The notes under the pieces were generated by a model, which worked only from the letters and a program-made list of their open reading frames with translations, was not told where the DNA came from and made no database searches. From Bacteroidota bacterium (GTDB taxonomy: Bacteria > Bacteroidota > Bacteroidia > NS11-12g > UBA955): a stretch of DNA of 64,000 nt. Location: the NCBI GenBank assembly GCA_947451105.1, contig CANFXY010000002.1, positions 1,845 through 65,844 of the forward strand. The letters run 5' to 3'. The number at the start of each line of letters is the position of its first letter. Positions within the stretch are counted from its first letter, which is position 1. Of the stretch, positions 1 through 9,274 are shown piece after piece. The translations under genes were made by a program, and so were the position numbers.

Positions 1-160
1 TATAAGTGAAGCACCAAATTACTCTACCCAAATAAAAGGCTCAGCTTTTGAATTTGGCTTGTGTTTCAGATTCTTCTAATTTTTTAAATAAAAATTAAAG
101 CTATTTCAAAAAACATTAACTGTATAAGCGAAACTTATACAAAATTCCATTTCTTATCCG

Positions 161-168
161 TAGTTTTG
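161..168 (+). promoter_or_regulatory. candidate Bacteroidota sigma-A -7 box (TAnnTTTG)
   Basis: TAGTTTTG, 26 nt before the ATG at 195. Confidence 0.45.
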
Positions 169-194
169 TAGAATAATTCTAAATAAGAAATAAA

Positions 195-758
195 ATGAGT
201 GATTTTGTAACTATATATGCCGAAGCTACCCCTAATCCGGATAGTATGAAATTTGTTGTTAGTAAAATGATTTTACCTAACGACAGCGTCGATTATAGAA
301 CCCGCGAAAAAGCTGAAGGCAACTCACCTCTTGCTGTTGAAATTTTTGATACTTTCAAATTTGCAAACGGTGTGTTTATCATGAACAATTTTATTTCTAT
401 TACCAAATTGCCAGATGAACAATGGGTTGAGCATATTCCTGTAATCCGCGAATTCATTAAGAACTACATCGAAAACGACAAAGAAATAATTTCAAGCAAT
501 AAAAATCTTACCCCTGAAGAGGAAGGTGAGATAGAAATAAAAATTAAACGTCTGTTAGATGACCATGTGAAACCAGCGGTTGAAATGGATGGTGGCGCAA
601 TTAGCTTCAAATCATTTAAAGATGGTGTGGTTACAGTGGTTATGAAAGGTAGCTGCAGTGGTTGTCCTTCTTCTACTTTTACCCTTAAAGCTGGTATAGA
701 AAACTTGCTAAAACGCATGGTTCCACAAGTAGAAACCGTTGAGGCTGAGGCTGAATAA
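195..758 (+). CDS. NifU/Nfu-type Fe-S cluster assembly protein
   Basis: 187 aa; Nfu_N-like N-terminal half; C-terminal NifU motif GSCSGCPSS (CxxC). Confidence 0.8.
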   Translation: MSDFVTIYAEATPNPDSMKFVVSKMILPNDSVDYRTREKAEGNSPLAVEIFDTFKFANGVFIMNNFISITKLPDEQWVEHIPVIREFIKNYIENDKEIISSNKNLTPEEEGEIEIKIKRLLDDHVKPAVEMDGGAISFKSFKDGVVTVVMKGSCSGCPSSTFTLKAGIENLLKRMVPQVETVEAEAE

Positions 759-839
759 TCTTCTCTAGTATTTTTATACTAGTTGCTTAATTAATAAATA
801 AATTTTGGGTCAAAAATTGCACTTGGCATGCTTTTTGAC

Positions 840-847
840 TATTTTTG
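840..847 (+). promoter_or_regulatory. candidate -7 box (TAnnTTTG)
   Basis: TATTTTTG followed by CA; lies inside the 828 ORF extension, which supports the ATG at 867 as the true start. Confidence 0.5.
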
Positions 848-866
848 CACAATTACATACACAAAT

Positions 867-1430
867 ATGCAAAAATCAAATTTACTATTTGCCCTAATTT
901 TAGGTTTATCAATCACCTTCATTGCTTGTTCTAAAGAAGACAAAGGCAATACAGACACAACTGTTACTTTGCCCGCTGGCGTTCAAGATACAGTGACTTC
1001 TTTTATGGTGTTCTTCACCAATACAACAGATTCTTCTGCTGAAGTGGCAAGTTACGACGATCCAGATGGTCCAGGTCCAAAACAACCAAACGTTGGTGGT
1101 GTTACGCTAAACAAAAACACCACTTACAAAGTGACCTTTTTTATTGAAGATGCGACCAATCCTTCTAAAATTGCGTACTTACATACCAAGATAAAAAACA
1201 ATGGTAAGGACTATAAAATTTGCACGAGCAACCCTTTGGGCATGAGCGTAACAGCAAAAGATTCTGATGGTACTTTCCCAATTGGATTGGTTAATGATTT
1301 GGTTACCACCAGCACACTTGGCAGCGATAACATGAACTTTACAGTTAAATACCAAAAAAGTGTAAAGAATGGCCAATGCTCTCCGGGTGTTGTTTATTAC
1401 AGCTGTAATATTCCAATCAGCGTTCAATAA
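867..1430 (+). CDS. hypothetical lipoprotein
   Basis: Start moved to the internal ATG: MQKSNLLFALILGLSITFIAC gives a signal peptide plus lipobox Cys; no family recognised. Confidence 0.6.
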   Translation: MQKSNLLFALILGLSITFIACSKEDKGNTDTTVTLPAGVQDTVTSFMVFFTNTTDSSAEVASYDDPDGPGPKQPNVGGVTLNKNTTYKVTFFIEDATNPSKIAYLHTKIKNNGKDYKICTSNPLGMSVTAKDSDGTFPIGLVNDLVTTSTLGSDNMNFTVKYQKSVKNGQCSPGVVYYSCNIPISVQ

Positions 1431-1488
1431 ATTTCCTTTTCAATTCTCTATTTTATTATTCAGCACGTTTGATTTGCTGATATTTGTT

Positions 1489-1496
1489 TAGTTTTG
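1489..1496 (+). promoter_or_regulatory. candidate -7 box (TAnnTTTG)
   Basis: TAGTTTTG followed by CA; only 4 nt before the thiL ATG. Confidence 0.5.
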
Positions 1497-1500
1497 CATT

Positions 1501-2538
1501 ATGTTTGAAAATAGTGCTAGAACTGAATTAAGTGAACTGGGTGAATTTGCGCTGATAGACCATCTATCAAAAAACGTTAAAACTTTTAATTCCAATACCA
1601 TTAAAGGCATTGGCGATGATGCTGCTGTAATTGATAATGGGCAAACCTATAATCTACTCAGCACAGACATGATGGTAGAGGGTGCACATTTCGATTTAAC
1701 CTATACACCTCTCAAACATCTCGGTTACAAAGCAGTTGTCAGCAACATTAGTGATATTGCTGCAATGAATGGAAAAGCTACCCACATTGTGGTTAGTTTG
1801 GCCATGAGCAACCGCTTCTCTCTTGAAGCTATTGAAGATTTATATGTTGGTATTCTAGCAGCTTGTAATCTGTATAAAGTTGATTTAATTGGTGGAGATA
1901 CCACCTCAAGCTCTAAAGGTTTAATCATAAACATTGCTTGCTATGGTGAAGTAGCCAAAGAAAAAGTAACCTACCGTTCAGGTTGTAAAGAAGGCGACCT
2001 ATTGGTTGTAACAGGCGACCTAGGTTCTGCATATTTAGGCTTGCATATTCTAGAAAGAGAAAAACGAATTTTCCTTGAAAAACCAGACTTTAAGCCAGAT
2101 TTAGAAGGCAATGATTACATCATTCAACGACAATTAAAACCTGAAGCCAGGGTCGATATCGTTGAAATATTAAACGGATTAAACATCGTTCCAAGTTCTA
2201 TGATAGACATTAGCGATGGTTTATCAAGTGAAATTCAACATCTAGCCAAACAAAGCAATGTCGGCTTTACAATTTATGAAGACAAATTGCCAATAGACCC
2301 TATCGCATACCAAAGAGCTATAGATTTGGGAATAGACCCAACTGTTGCGGCCCTCAATGGAGGAGAAGATTACGAATTACTGTTTACAGTTTCGCAAGAC
2401 CATTACGAAGTGCTTAAGAAAGAACTGGATTTAAGCATTATCGGTCACGCAGTTGCAGAACACGAAGGCTTACATTTAATCAGCAAATCAAACAACAAAC
2501 ATAAATTAACGGCTCAAGGTTGGAATAATTTTTCATAA
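1501..2538 (+). CDS. thiL: thiamine-monophosphate kinase
   Basis: AIR-synthase-related fold motifs GIGDDAAVI, GGDTT, GEDYELLFT. Confidence 0.85.
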   Translation: MFENSARTELSELGEFALIDHLSKNVKTFNSNTIKGIGDDAAVIDNGQTYNLLSTDMMVEGAHFDLTYTPLKHLGYKAVVSNISDIAAMNGKATHIVVSLAMSNRFSLEAIEDLYVGILAACNLYKVDLIGGDTTSSSKGLIINIACYGEVAKEKVTYRSGCKEGDLLVVTGDLGSAYLGLHILEREKRIFLEKPDFKPDLEGNDYIIQRQLKPEARVDIVEILNGLNIVPSSMIDISDGLSSEIQHLAKQSNVGFTIYEDKLPIDPIAYQRAIDLGIDPTVAALNGGEDYELLFTVSQDHYEVLKKELDLSIIGHAVAEHEGLHLISKSNNKHKLTAQGWNNFS

Positions 2539-2572
2539 GTTGAGCTCTGATTTTTAAACAATAAAATAAACC

Positions 2573-3394
2573 ATGTCGGTAACACCCAATAGACCAGCAA
2601 AACGCGTAACGGTCCACACCCTAGAAGAAATGAAACAAAGAAGTGAAAAAATAAGCATGCTAACGGCTTATGATTTTTCACTTGCAAAAATAATCGATGA
2701 CGCTGGTATAGATGTTATCCTTGTTGGCGATAGTGCCAGTAATGTGATGGCTGGACACGAAACAACGCTTCCTATTACATTAGACCAAATGATATACCAT
2801 GCATCTTCTGTAATCAGAGCAGTTAAAAGAGCCTTGGTTGTGGTTGATCTTCCATTTGGTTCTTACCAAGGAAACAGCAAAGAAGCCTTAAACAGCAGCA
2901 TTCGTATAATGAAAGAAAGCGGTGCACATGCAATCAAATTGGAAGGTGGCGAAGAAGTATGTGAATCAGTAAAAAGAATCATTAGTGCTGGTGTGCCTGT
3001 AATGGGGCACTTGGGTTTAACCCCACAAAGCATTTATAAATTTGGGACCTACGCCGTTAGAGCGGTAGATAAAGATGAAGCTGATAAGTTAATTAAAGAC
3101 GCACAATTGCTTCAAGATGCCGGCTGCTTCGCTTTGGTACTTGAAAAAATCCCAGCTGAATTGGCTGAGAAAGTGGCTTCAATGCTCAAAATTCCTGTAA
3201 TCGGTATCGGTGCTGGAGGAGGCGTTGATGGTCAAGTATTGGTTCTTCACGATATGCTTGGCATTAATAAAGACTTTTCACCCCGCTTTATGCGCCGCTA
3301 CTTAAATTTATATGAAAATATAAAAACCAGTGTTGAGTCTTATATCACCGATGTGAAATCAAGCGACTTTCCGAACGAAAACGAACAATACTAA
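2573..3394 (+). CDS. panB: 3-methyl-2-oxobutanoate hydroxymethyltransferase
   Basis: 273 aa; LTAYD, ILVGDS, IKLEGG motifs typical of PanB. Confidence 0.9.
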   Translation: MSVTPNRPAKRVTVHTLEEMKQRSEKISMLTAYDFSLAKIIDDAGIDVILVGDSASNVMAGHETTLPITLDQMIYHASSVIRAVKRALVVVDLPFGSYQGNSKEALNSSIRIMKESGAHAIKLEGGEEVCESVKRIISAGVPVMGHLGLTPQSIYKFGTYAVRAVDKDEADKLIKDAQLLQDAGCFALVLEKIPAELAEKVASMLKIPVIGIGAGGGVDGQVLVLHDMLGINKDFSPRFMRRYLNLYENIKTSVESYITDVKSSDFPNENEQY

Positions 3395-3402
3395 ATCTAG
3401 TC

Positions 3403-4134
3403 TTGCAGACCATCGAAATCAATACAGCCCAAAATGTTAAAATTGATTATGAATTGGCCGGCCTCAGACATAGAATTTTTGCATTTTTAATCGACTTTCT
3501 TTTAATGTGTGTGCTAATATTTATTTTGGCCACACTTTGTAATCTTATCTTTATAGATAAGAATCAGCTGCTTATTGATTTAATTGCCTTTATCGTACTT
3601 GGTTTTTATTCCATATTCAATGAAATATTTTTCAAGGGTCAGAGTCTTGGAAAAAAAGCGATGGGCCTCAAAATAATAAAAACAAATGGCGCTGAACTTG
3701 AGTTCTATGATCTGTTTTGTCGTTGGTCAACACGTTTAATTGACATCTATCTATCGTTGGGCGGAATTGCTTGTTTTCTAATCTCTAGCAATAAAAATGG
3801 TCAAAGAATTGGAGATCTAATTGCCGGCACCTGTGTGATTAAAACCCAAAATTCCTACCAATTTAGTTTGAATGACATTGAAAAACTTAATCAGCGCTTT
3901 GTAGAAAACGACAACCTAAAATACCCACTTGTAAAAAGACTGTCTGAACAGGATGTTTTATTGATTAAAAAACTTTTGTCTCGGCTTAAAGAATACGACA
4001 ACAAAGCACATAAAAATGCCTTAGACGAGATGGTACTTAAACTTGCGTCAGTGCTCGAACTTAAAGAAATCCCAACTGACAAAGAAAAATTCTTAAACCA
4101 GCTTATCTCCGAATATATTATTCAAACCCGCTAA
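3403..4134 (+). CDS. RDD-family membrane protein with soluble C-terminal domain
   Basis: TTG start; GLRHRIFAFLIDFLL and RIGDLIAGT flank TM helices in an RDD-like pattern. Confidence 0.55.
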   Translation: MQTIEINTAQNVKIDYELAGLRHRIFAFLIDFLLMCVLIFILATLCNLIFIDKNQLLIDLIAFIVLGFYSIFNEIFFKGQSLGKKAMGLKIIKTNGAELEFYDLFCRWSTRLIDIYLSLGGIACFLISSNKNGQRIGDLIAGTCVIKTQNSYQFSLNDIEKLNQRFVENDNLKYPLVKRLSEQDVLLIKKLLSRLKEYDNKAHKNALDEMVLKLASVLELKEIPTDKEKFLNQLISEYIIQTR

Positions 4135-4151
4135 AATTCTATTGTTTTAAT

Positions 4152-4159
4152 TACTTTTG
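4152..4159 (+). promoter_or_regulatory. candidate -7 box (TAnnTTTG)
   Basis: TACTTTTG, 4 nt before the GTG at 4164. Confidence 0.45.
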
Positions 4160-4163
4160 TGCG

Positions 4164-5036
4164 GTGAAATTTGAACCCAAAACCATTATTACCCTCCTAT
4201 TCCTTGGTTTCGTGTGGGGCAGTGCATTCATGTTAATGAAGAAAGGACTTGTCTCCTTTGAACCAATTCAATTGGCTTCTCTTAGGTTAGTCTTTGCAGG
4301 AAGTGTGGCAGTATTCTTCTTCTTAAAATCCTATAAACAATTAAGTTCTAAAGATTGGCTTTACCTTTCCATTTCAGGAACCATCGGTAATTTTATACCT
4401 GCATATTTATTTGCTAGTGCTGGTGCTGATATTCCTAGTTCCTTGTCTGGTGCATTAAATGCCATGACGCCATTTTTCGCCCTGATATTCGGCGTTATTT
4501 TGTTTTCACAACTATTTAAAATCAAGCAATTCCTTGGAATATTAATTGGCTTAGTTGGTGCTTTAATTTTGATATTGTCTAAGAGTAGTGCCGGCATTAG
4601 TTTTCAAACCAGTTACATTTTACCATGTTCTAAAGTCATCTTGGCAGCCCTTTTATATGGGATAAACGTCAATATAATTAAATCAAAACTAAACCACCTT
4701 TCTCCAATTGTAAATAGTATGGTGCCACTTACGCTAATCGCTATCCCCGCATTGTGTATAGGCATTTACAATGGGGCATTTCAAACTGCAATGCAACCCT
4801 CTGCTTTGCCCGCCTTAGGTTTTATTTTTGTTCTTGGTGTTATTGGTTCTGCTGCTTCTTTAATTGTTTTCAATCAACTTGTTCAGAAAACAACTGCCCT
4901 ATTCGCAGCTTCGGTGACGTATTTAATACCCGTTTTTGCTTACATGTGGGGACTAATTGATGGAGAACCTATAGGTGTGTTTCAACTTGGTGGAATGATG
5001 CTAATATTAGGTGGTATCACCTTGACAAAAAAATGA
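4164..5036 (+). CDS. EamA/DMT-family transporter
   Basis: 290 aa; about 10 TM segments in two similar halves; GTG start. Confidence 0.7.
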   Translation: MKFEPKTIITLLFLGFVWGSAFMLMKKGLVSFEPIQLASLRLVFAGSVAVFFFLKSYKQLSSKDWLYLSISGTIGNFIPAYLFASAGADIPSSLSGALNAMTPFFALIFGVILFSQLFKIKQFLGILIGLVGALILILSKSSAGISFQTSYILPCSKVILAALLYGINVNIIKSKLNHLSPIVNSMVPLTLIAIPALCIGIYNGAFQTAMQPSALPALGFIFVLGVIGSAASLIVFNQLVQKTTALFAASVTYLIPVFAYMWGLIDGEPIGVFQLGGMMLILGGITLTKK

Positions 5037-6379
5037 AGCTCCCAAAAGAATTTATTGAACGAATGATTGGCCAATTGGGTCAAGAAGAATTTAATTTATT
5101 TCATCAAGCACTAGAGCTTGAATCACCCATATCTATTCGCATAAATGCCAATAAATTTAAGCAATCATTAAATTTTGAAAAAGTGTCTTGGTGTGGTACT
5201 GGTTATTATCTAAACCAAAGGCCAAATTTCGCTTCTGATCCACTTTGGCACGCTGGGGCATACTATGTGCAGGAGGCAAGCAGTATGATGCTTGAGCAAG
5301 CCTTTTTAAAAGCAAAAGAACACATTCAAGGCCCCCTTAAAATATTAGACCTTTGTGCCGCACCAGGAGGTAAGTCAACACACATAGCTTCTTTATGCGA
5401 TTCTGAAGATGTATTGGTTTGCAATGAAGTAATTAAATCGCGCGTCCCAATTTTAGATGAAAACATAAAAAAACAAGGTTACTCGAATGTTATTATCACC
5501 AATGTAGATAGCAGTGAATATGAAAAATTAGGCGGTGTGTTTGACATCATCGTTGTTGATGCACCATGCAGTGGTGAAGGTCTATTTAGAAAAGATCCTC
5601 TTTCAATAAACGAATGGAATTTAGATAATATTCAAACTTGTGAATTAAGACAAAAGAGAATATTAGAATCTATAAGTAAATGTTTAAAACCAAATGGCAT
5701 AATCATTTACAGTACCTGCACCTATAATCCCGGAGAAAACACCCAACAAATTGAGGCACTTATTACGCTTGGGTTTGAACCCCTTAATTTTAGTATTAAT
5801 GGCAAAGAGAATTTTCATTTTCAATGTATGCCACAGCACACCAAAGGTGAAGGGTTTTTTATTTCTATGCTCCAAAACAAGTCTCTTGAAAATCCTGAAC
5901 GTGGAAATAAAGCTTCCAAGTATCTAAAATCACTTAAGAAACAAGACGAATGGATGCAAGGTATACCAAGCAATACTGTTCTGTATGGCTTTGAGAATAA
6001 AGTGTTAGGAGGAAACAGCAATACTTTTGATTTTTTCAATGAAACCTTGTCGGGTGTATATTGTTATTCTATCGGGACTGAAATTGGGGAGTTAAAAGAA
6101 AAAAGATTTGCGCCCAGTGAATTCTTGCCATTTGCCCAATTTCTACAAAAGGAAGATTTTCCTTTGGTAGATCTTGAACACCCCGATGCCTTGAAATACT
6201 TAGCAAAGAACCCCATCATGCACCAAAGCAATGAAAGAGGCTATGTTTTATTATCATTCAATGATGTGATAATCGGGTTCGGTAAATTTGCAGGCAATAG
6301 AATCAATAACTTATTTCCTGCTGAATGGAAATTACGACTTATGCCACCTGAAGACAAATGGTTTTCTATTTCAAAGTAA
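5033..6379 (+). CDS. RsmB/RsmF-like RNA cytosine-C5 methyltransferase (NOL1/NOP2/Sun family)
   Basis: DLCAAPGGKSTH (SAM site), VDAPCSGEGLFRKDP and YSTCTYNPGEN catalytic Cys motifs; ATGA overlap with the upstream gene. Confidence 0.8.
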   Translation: MKLPKEFIERMIGQLGQEEFNLFHQALELESPISIRINANKFKQSLNFEKVSWCGTGYYLNQRPNFASDPLWHAGAYYVQEASSMMLEQAFLKAKEHIQGPLKILDLCAAPGGKSTHIASLCDSEDVLVCNEVIKSRVPILDENIKKQGYSNVIITNVDSSEYEKLGGVFDIIVVDAPCSGEGLFRKDPLSINEWNLDNIQTCELRQKRILESISKCLKPNGIIIYSTCTYNPGENTQQIEALITLGFEPLNFSINGKENFHFQCMPQHTKGEGFFISMLQNKSLENPERGNKASKYLKSLKKQDEWMQGIPSNTVLYGFENKVLGGNSNTFDFFNETLSGVYCYSIGTEIGELKEKRFAPSEFLPFAQFLQKEDFPLVDLEHPDALKYLAKNPIMHQSNERGYVLLSFNDVIIGFGKFAGNRINNLFPAEWKLRLMPPEDKWFSISK

Positions 6380-6445
6380 GACACTTTTCAGGTTGTTGTT
6401 CATATTAACCGCCCTACATTCGTTAAACTTGAATGGCAAATTCAA

Positions 6446-6453
6446 TATATTTG
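6446..6453 (+). promoter_or_regulatory. candidate -7 box (TAnnTTTG)
   Basis: TATATTTG inside the 6433 ORF extension; supports the ATG at 6466. Confidence 0.45.
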
Positions 6454-6465
6454 CTAAAAAAGTTT

Positions 6466-7167
6466 ATGAAACAACACCTTTTTATTGCTCTATTTTTCTT
6501 AACGAACCTACTTAATGCACAAGAGAAGATTTCAATACTAAATTTTCTTCAAGCAGGAGCAGTTCCACAAACCATCAATCAAAGAGGCAAAAATTTAAAT
6601 GCTTCTGGTTTAACCTTTAACTATGTCCACTTTAAAAAACCCAGCTTTTTTAGGATGGATGCTACTTGGTTGGCCAGATACATTTTGAGTGGTGAAAAGG
6701 ACAGCAATAATTTTAAAGACACCAATGCAGTTCTGGGTATGGACTTGCCGGTATTTACAGCCACTTATGGGAGAAATATTATAAGAAACGATAGATTCAG
6801 TCTAGGCCTTGGGATAAATTTAGACTCGAGAACATTTTATAGCTCACCCTTGCAAAAAGCTAAAAATATTATAGATGCGGCAAGCCTTGGGATGGTGGTT
6901 GGAATAAAAATTAAAATTAAAGATTGGTTAACCTATACCACACTTGGTGGGTATGATTACATGATAGTTGATGCACTTTATTCCAATAAAAACACAAAAG
7001 GAACCCAAATTTATCTTCAAAACAATTTCTCGTTTTTACTGAAAGGCAGAATAGGAATTAACCTTCAACCTGATTTTAGCTTTAAGCAATTTGATAAAGC
7101 AGGTATACTAGGAGGTCAGCTCTTTACTAAAAATATAAAAGTAGGATTGGCATTTGCCATTAAATAG
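6466..7167 (+). CDS. hypothetical secreted protein, possible outer-membrane beta-barrel
   Basis: Signal peptide MKQHLFIALFFLTNLLNAQ; alternating hydrophobic beta-strand pattern; no family recognised. Confidence 0.4.
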   Translation: MKQHLFIALFFLTNLLNAQEKISILNFLQAGAVPQTINQRGKNLNASGLTFNYVHFKKPSFFRMDATWLARYILSGEKDSNNFKDTNAVLGMDLPVFTATYGRNIIRNDRFSLGLGINLDSRTFYSSPLQKAKNIIDAASLGMVVGIKIKIKDWLTYTTLGGYDYMIVDALYSNKNTKGTQIYLQNNFSFLLKGRIGINLQPDFSFKQFDKAGILGGQLFTKNIKVGLAFAIK

Positions 7168-7201
7168 GCAACTGGCACCTATCAAGAATAAAATAAATTA
7201 A

Positions 7202-7519
7202 TTACTTAACAGCTGGGGCTGGCGTAGTCTTTTGTGCTGGAGCATCCATCAATTCCTTCATTTTAGGATCTGAAGTTACCTCACCTTTTGCAGATTTCTG
7301 TCCGTTGTATGAACTTGCAGCAAGTGATACAAACAAAATTAATGCAGCAAAAATCCAAGTTAGTTTTTCTACACCTTCAGATGTTCTTTGAACACCGAAA
7401 ATTTGGTTACTTGAAGAAAAGTTAGCCGCTAATCCACCACCTTTAGGGTTTTGAATTAAAACTATAACGATCATTAGGGCTGCTGCTATGATTCCGATAA
7501 TTAATATAATACTTAACAT
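7202..7519 (-). CDS. secG: preprotein translocase subunit SecG
   Basis: 105 aa; two TM helices; LIQNPKGGGLAANF...IFG motif. Confidence 0.8.
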   Translation of the reverse strand: MLSIILIIGIIAAALMIVIVLIQNPKGGGLAANFSSSNQIFGVQRTSEGVEKLTWIFAALILFVSLAASSYNGQKSAKGEVTSDPKMKELMDAPAQKTTPAPAVK

Positions 7520-7521
7520 AG

Positions 7522-8757
7522 TTATTTCCTTTCTTTTTTGATTTTATCGATAAGGTCTGCAAAGAACGATTGTTTTGATGGATTTTGCAAACTTAATTTT
7601 TCGTAGGCTTTAATGGCAAAGTCAAAGTTTCCTTGCTGGTAATAGATTTCCGCCAATGTTTCTGAAACAAACTCTAAATCAAGCACTTCACTTCTTTTTG
7701 CCATGTTCTCAGGACTGAAAAACTCTTTCTTAGGTCTACTAATTTGAGGATTTATAGATATGAACTTCTCTATAATATCTAAGGATTTTGTTACCTTTTC
7801 ATTAGGTTCAATAGCAATTTCTTCGTCAAGTTCTTCTATTACTTGAGGAGTTTCTTCAGTATGTTTAGGGTTTTTAAGCCAAGAGAAGAAATCCTTAGAA
7901 GAATCTGTTTCAGTTGATGCTTGCTCTTCCGTTTGAGGAACAAATGTCTCAATGCTGTATACAGGATATTTCCTCAAATCAAGTTCTGAGCTTTTATTTG
8001 AAACCTCAAGCGTCTCTTTTTCTAACTCTGTATTTTCAGATATTGATTCTATTTCTTCTTCTTTACCTAGATCCTCTATTGCTATTTCTTCCTCTGTTTC
8101 TTCTTCAGTTATTAATTTAATAGTCTGTTCTTCCTCCGTCTCCAATTCACTTTCAACTGAAACAACTTCATCCTCAACTTCCGGAAGCTGACTTTCATCC
8201 GCTGTTTCGTTTTGCACAAAAGACTTTGTAAATGAAAACTCTGTTGCTATTTCTTCCCCAATTATATCTTGCTCTTCTGGAGTATTTACCGTTTCATGAA
8301 GTTTAAATGTGCCTTCAAATTCAAATGGTGTTTCTACTGTTTCATCTAATCCTAACTCAAGTTCCTCAGTCTTTAATTCTTCAGCTTGAGGCGCAACTTC
8401 TAGCTCTGACAAGAACGCCTCTAAACCCAATTTTGTGTCTTCAGGTTCAGACGTTTCAATTATGGAAACTTGTCTTTCCTCTGGTTCTACTATGTTTTCT
8501 GTTTTTATTTCTTGTGCTTGAGGAATCTCTGAATGTATGAACTCATAAAGCAATTTTCTATCGCGAACCCTTATTGCAGCTTGCCTAAGCATTTCCTCAA
8601 ACCTATAGTGGTTGGTTTGATAATAATACCTAGCTAAAATTTCAAATGGTTTAGAGAAATATGGGTAATCTTTGGCCAATTGCCTTAAATCATCAACATC
8701 ACTGTTGTTAATAGTGACAGGATTTCGATATATTTCATTTAACCTTTCTTGATTCAT
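7522..8757 (-). CDS. hypothetical protein with long poly-acidic centre and C-terminal TPR-like helix pair
   Basis: 411 aa; central part dominated by E/T/S/L; C-terminus AEIYYQQGNFDFAIKAYEKLSLQNP is TPR-like; no signal peptide. Confidence 0.5.
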   Translation of the reverse strand: MNQERLNEIYRNPVTINNSDVDDLRQLAKDYPYFSKPFEILARYYYQTNHYRFEEMLRQAAIRVRDRKLLYEFIHSEIPQAQEIKTENIVEPEERQVSIIETSEPEDTKLGLEAFLSELEVAPQAEELKTEELELGLDETVETPFEFEGTFKLHETVNTPEEQDIIGEEIATEFSFTKSFVQNETADESQLPEVEDEVVSVESELETEEEQTIKLITEEETEEEIAIEDLGKEEEIESISENTELEKETLEVSNKSSELDLRKYPVYSIETFVPQTEEQASTETDSSKDFFSWLKNPKHTEETPQVIEELDEEIAIEPNEKVTKSLDIIEKFISINPQISRPKKEFFSPENMAKRSEVLDLEFVSETLAEIYYQQGNFDFAIKAYEKLSLQNPSKQSFFADLIDKIKKERK

Positions 8758-8761
8758 TTGA

Positions 8762-9274
8762 TTACCACTTTAAAGCCACTTTGTTAAATATCTCTTGAAT
8801 AATTTGGGTACTTACATCCTCGGAAAGTCTACTTTCAATCGATTGAAAGGTTTCACTAGCATCAAACTCCTGAAATTTACTAATAGATTCTGTAAAGTTC
8901 ATGTCTTTATGTTTAGGACATTCAAAAATAACTTTTACAGTCATGGTAAACCTATTCTTCAAAGATCCCGTATTGCTGCTACTCGCTACCGATTCTGTTT
9001 TATACTCTGTAATAAAGCCTGAAATCTTAAAATCACCTTCAGGACTTACAATTGCCAAAGAAGTTTCTCTAATAAATTTATCCTTTAGTTGCTCGGTAAA
9101 TTTCTGACTCAAACTTGGGTTTACATAAGATGCCTGATTTGCAAAATACTGTATACTGATATTCTGAACATCTGCAGGAATGTTAATCCCAGAAAGACTG
9201 TAACTGCAAGACTTACATCCGCTAATTACAAGCAAAAAACACAACATCCATATAGATAATTTAAGTTTCACCAT
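8762..9274 (-). CDS. lptE: LptE-like LPS-assembly lipoprotein
   Basis: 170 aa; lipobox LVISGC; size and position between the sigma-54 activator and secG match the Bacteroidota LptE-family context as I recall it; assignment rests on synteny. Confidence 0.5.
   Translation of the reverse strand: MVKLKLSIWMLCFLLVISGCKSCSYSLSGINIPADVQNISIQYFANQASYVNPSLSQKFTEQLKDKFIRETSLAIVSPEGDFKISGFITEYKTESVASSSNTGSLKNRFTMTVKVIFECPKHKDMNFTESISKFQEFDASETFQSIESRLSEDVSTQIIQEIFNKVALKW

Noticed and set aside
824-839. Sigma-54-like site TGGCATGCTTTTTGAC, with the correct GG-to-TTG spacing, upstream of the lipoprotein gene at 867
   Set aside because: The near-invariant -12 GC is GA here. The TGGCAT part is simply the spurious ATG of the long ORF, and the T-rich TTG part is typical of every promoter region in this genome. 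A perfect sigma-A -7 box follows at 840-847 and explains expression.
7914-8540. Plus-strand ORFs of 68-79 aa antisense to the acidic protein gene
   Set aside because: They are the antisense of GAA/GAG-rich coding sequence, which gives stop-free Leu/Phe/Ser-rich frames. There is no promoter or start context.
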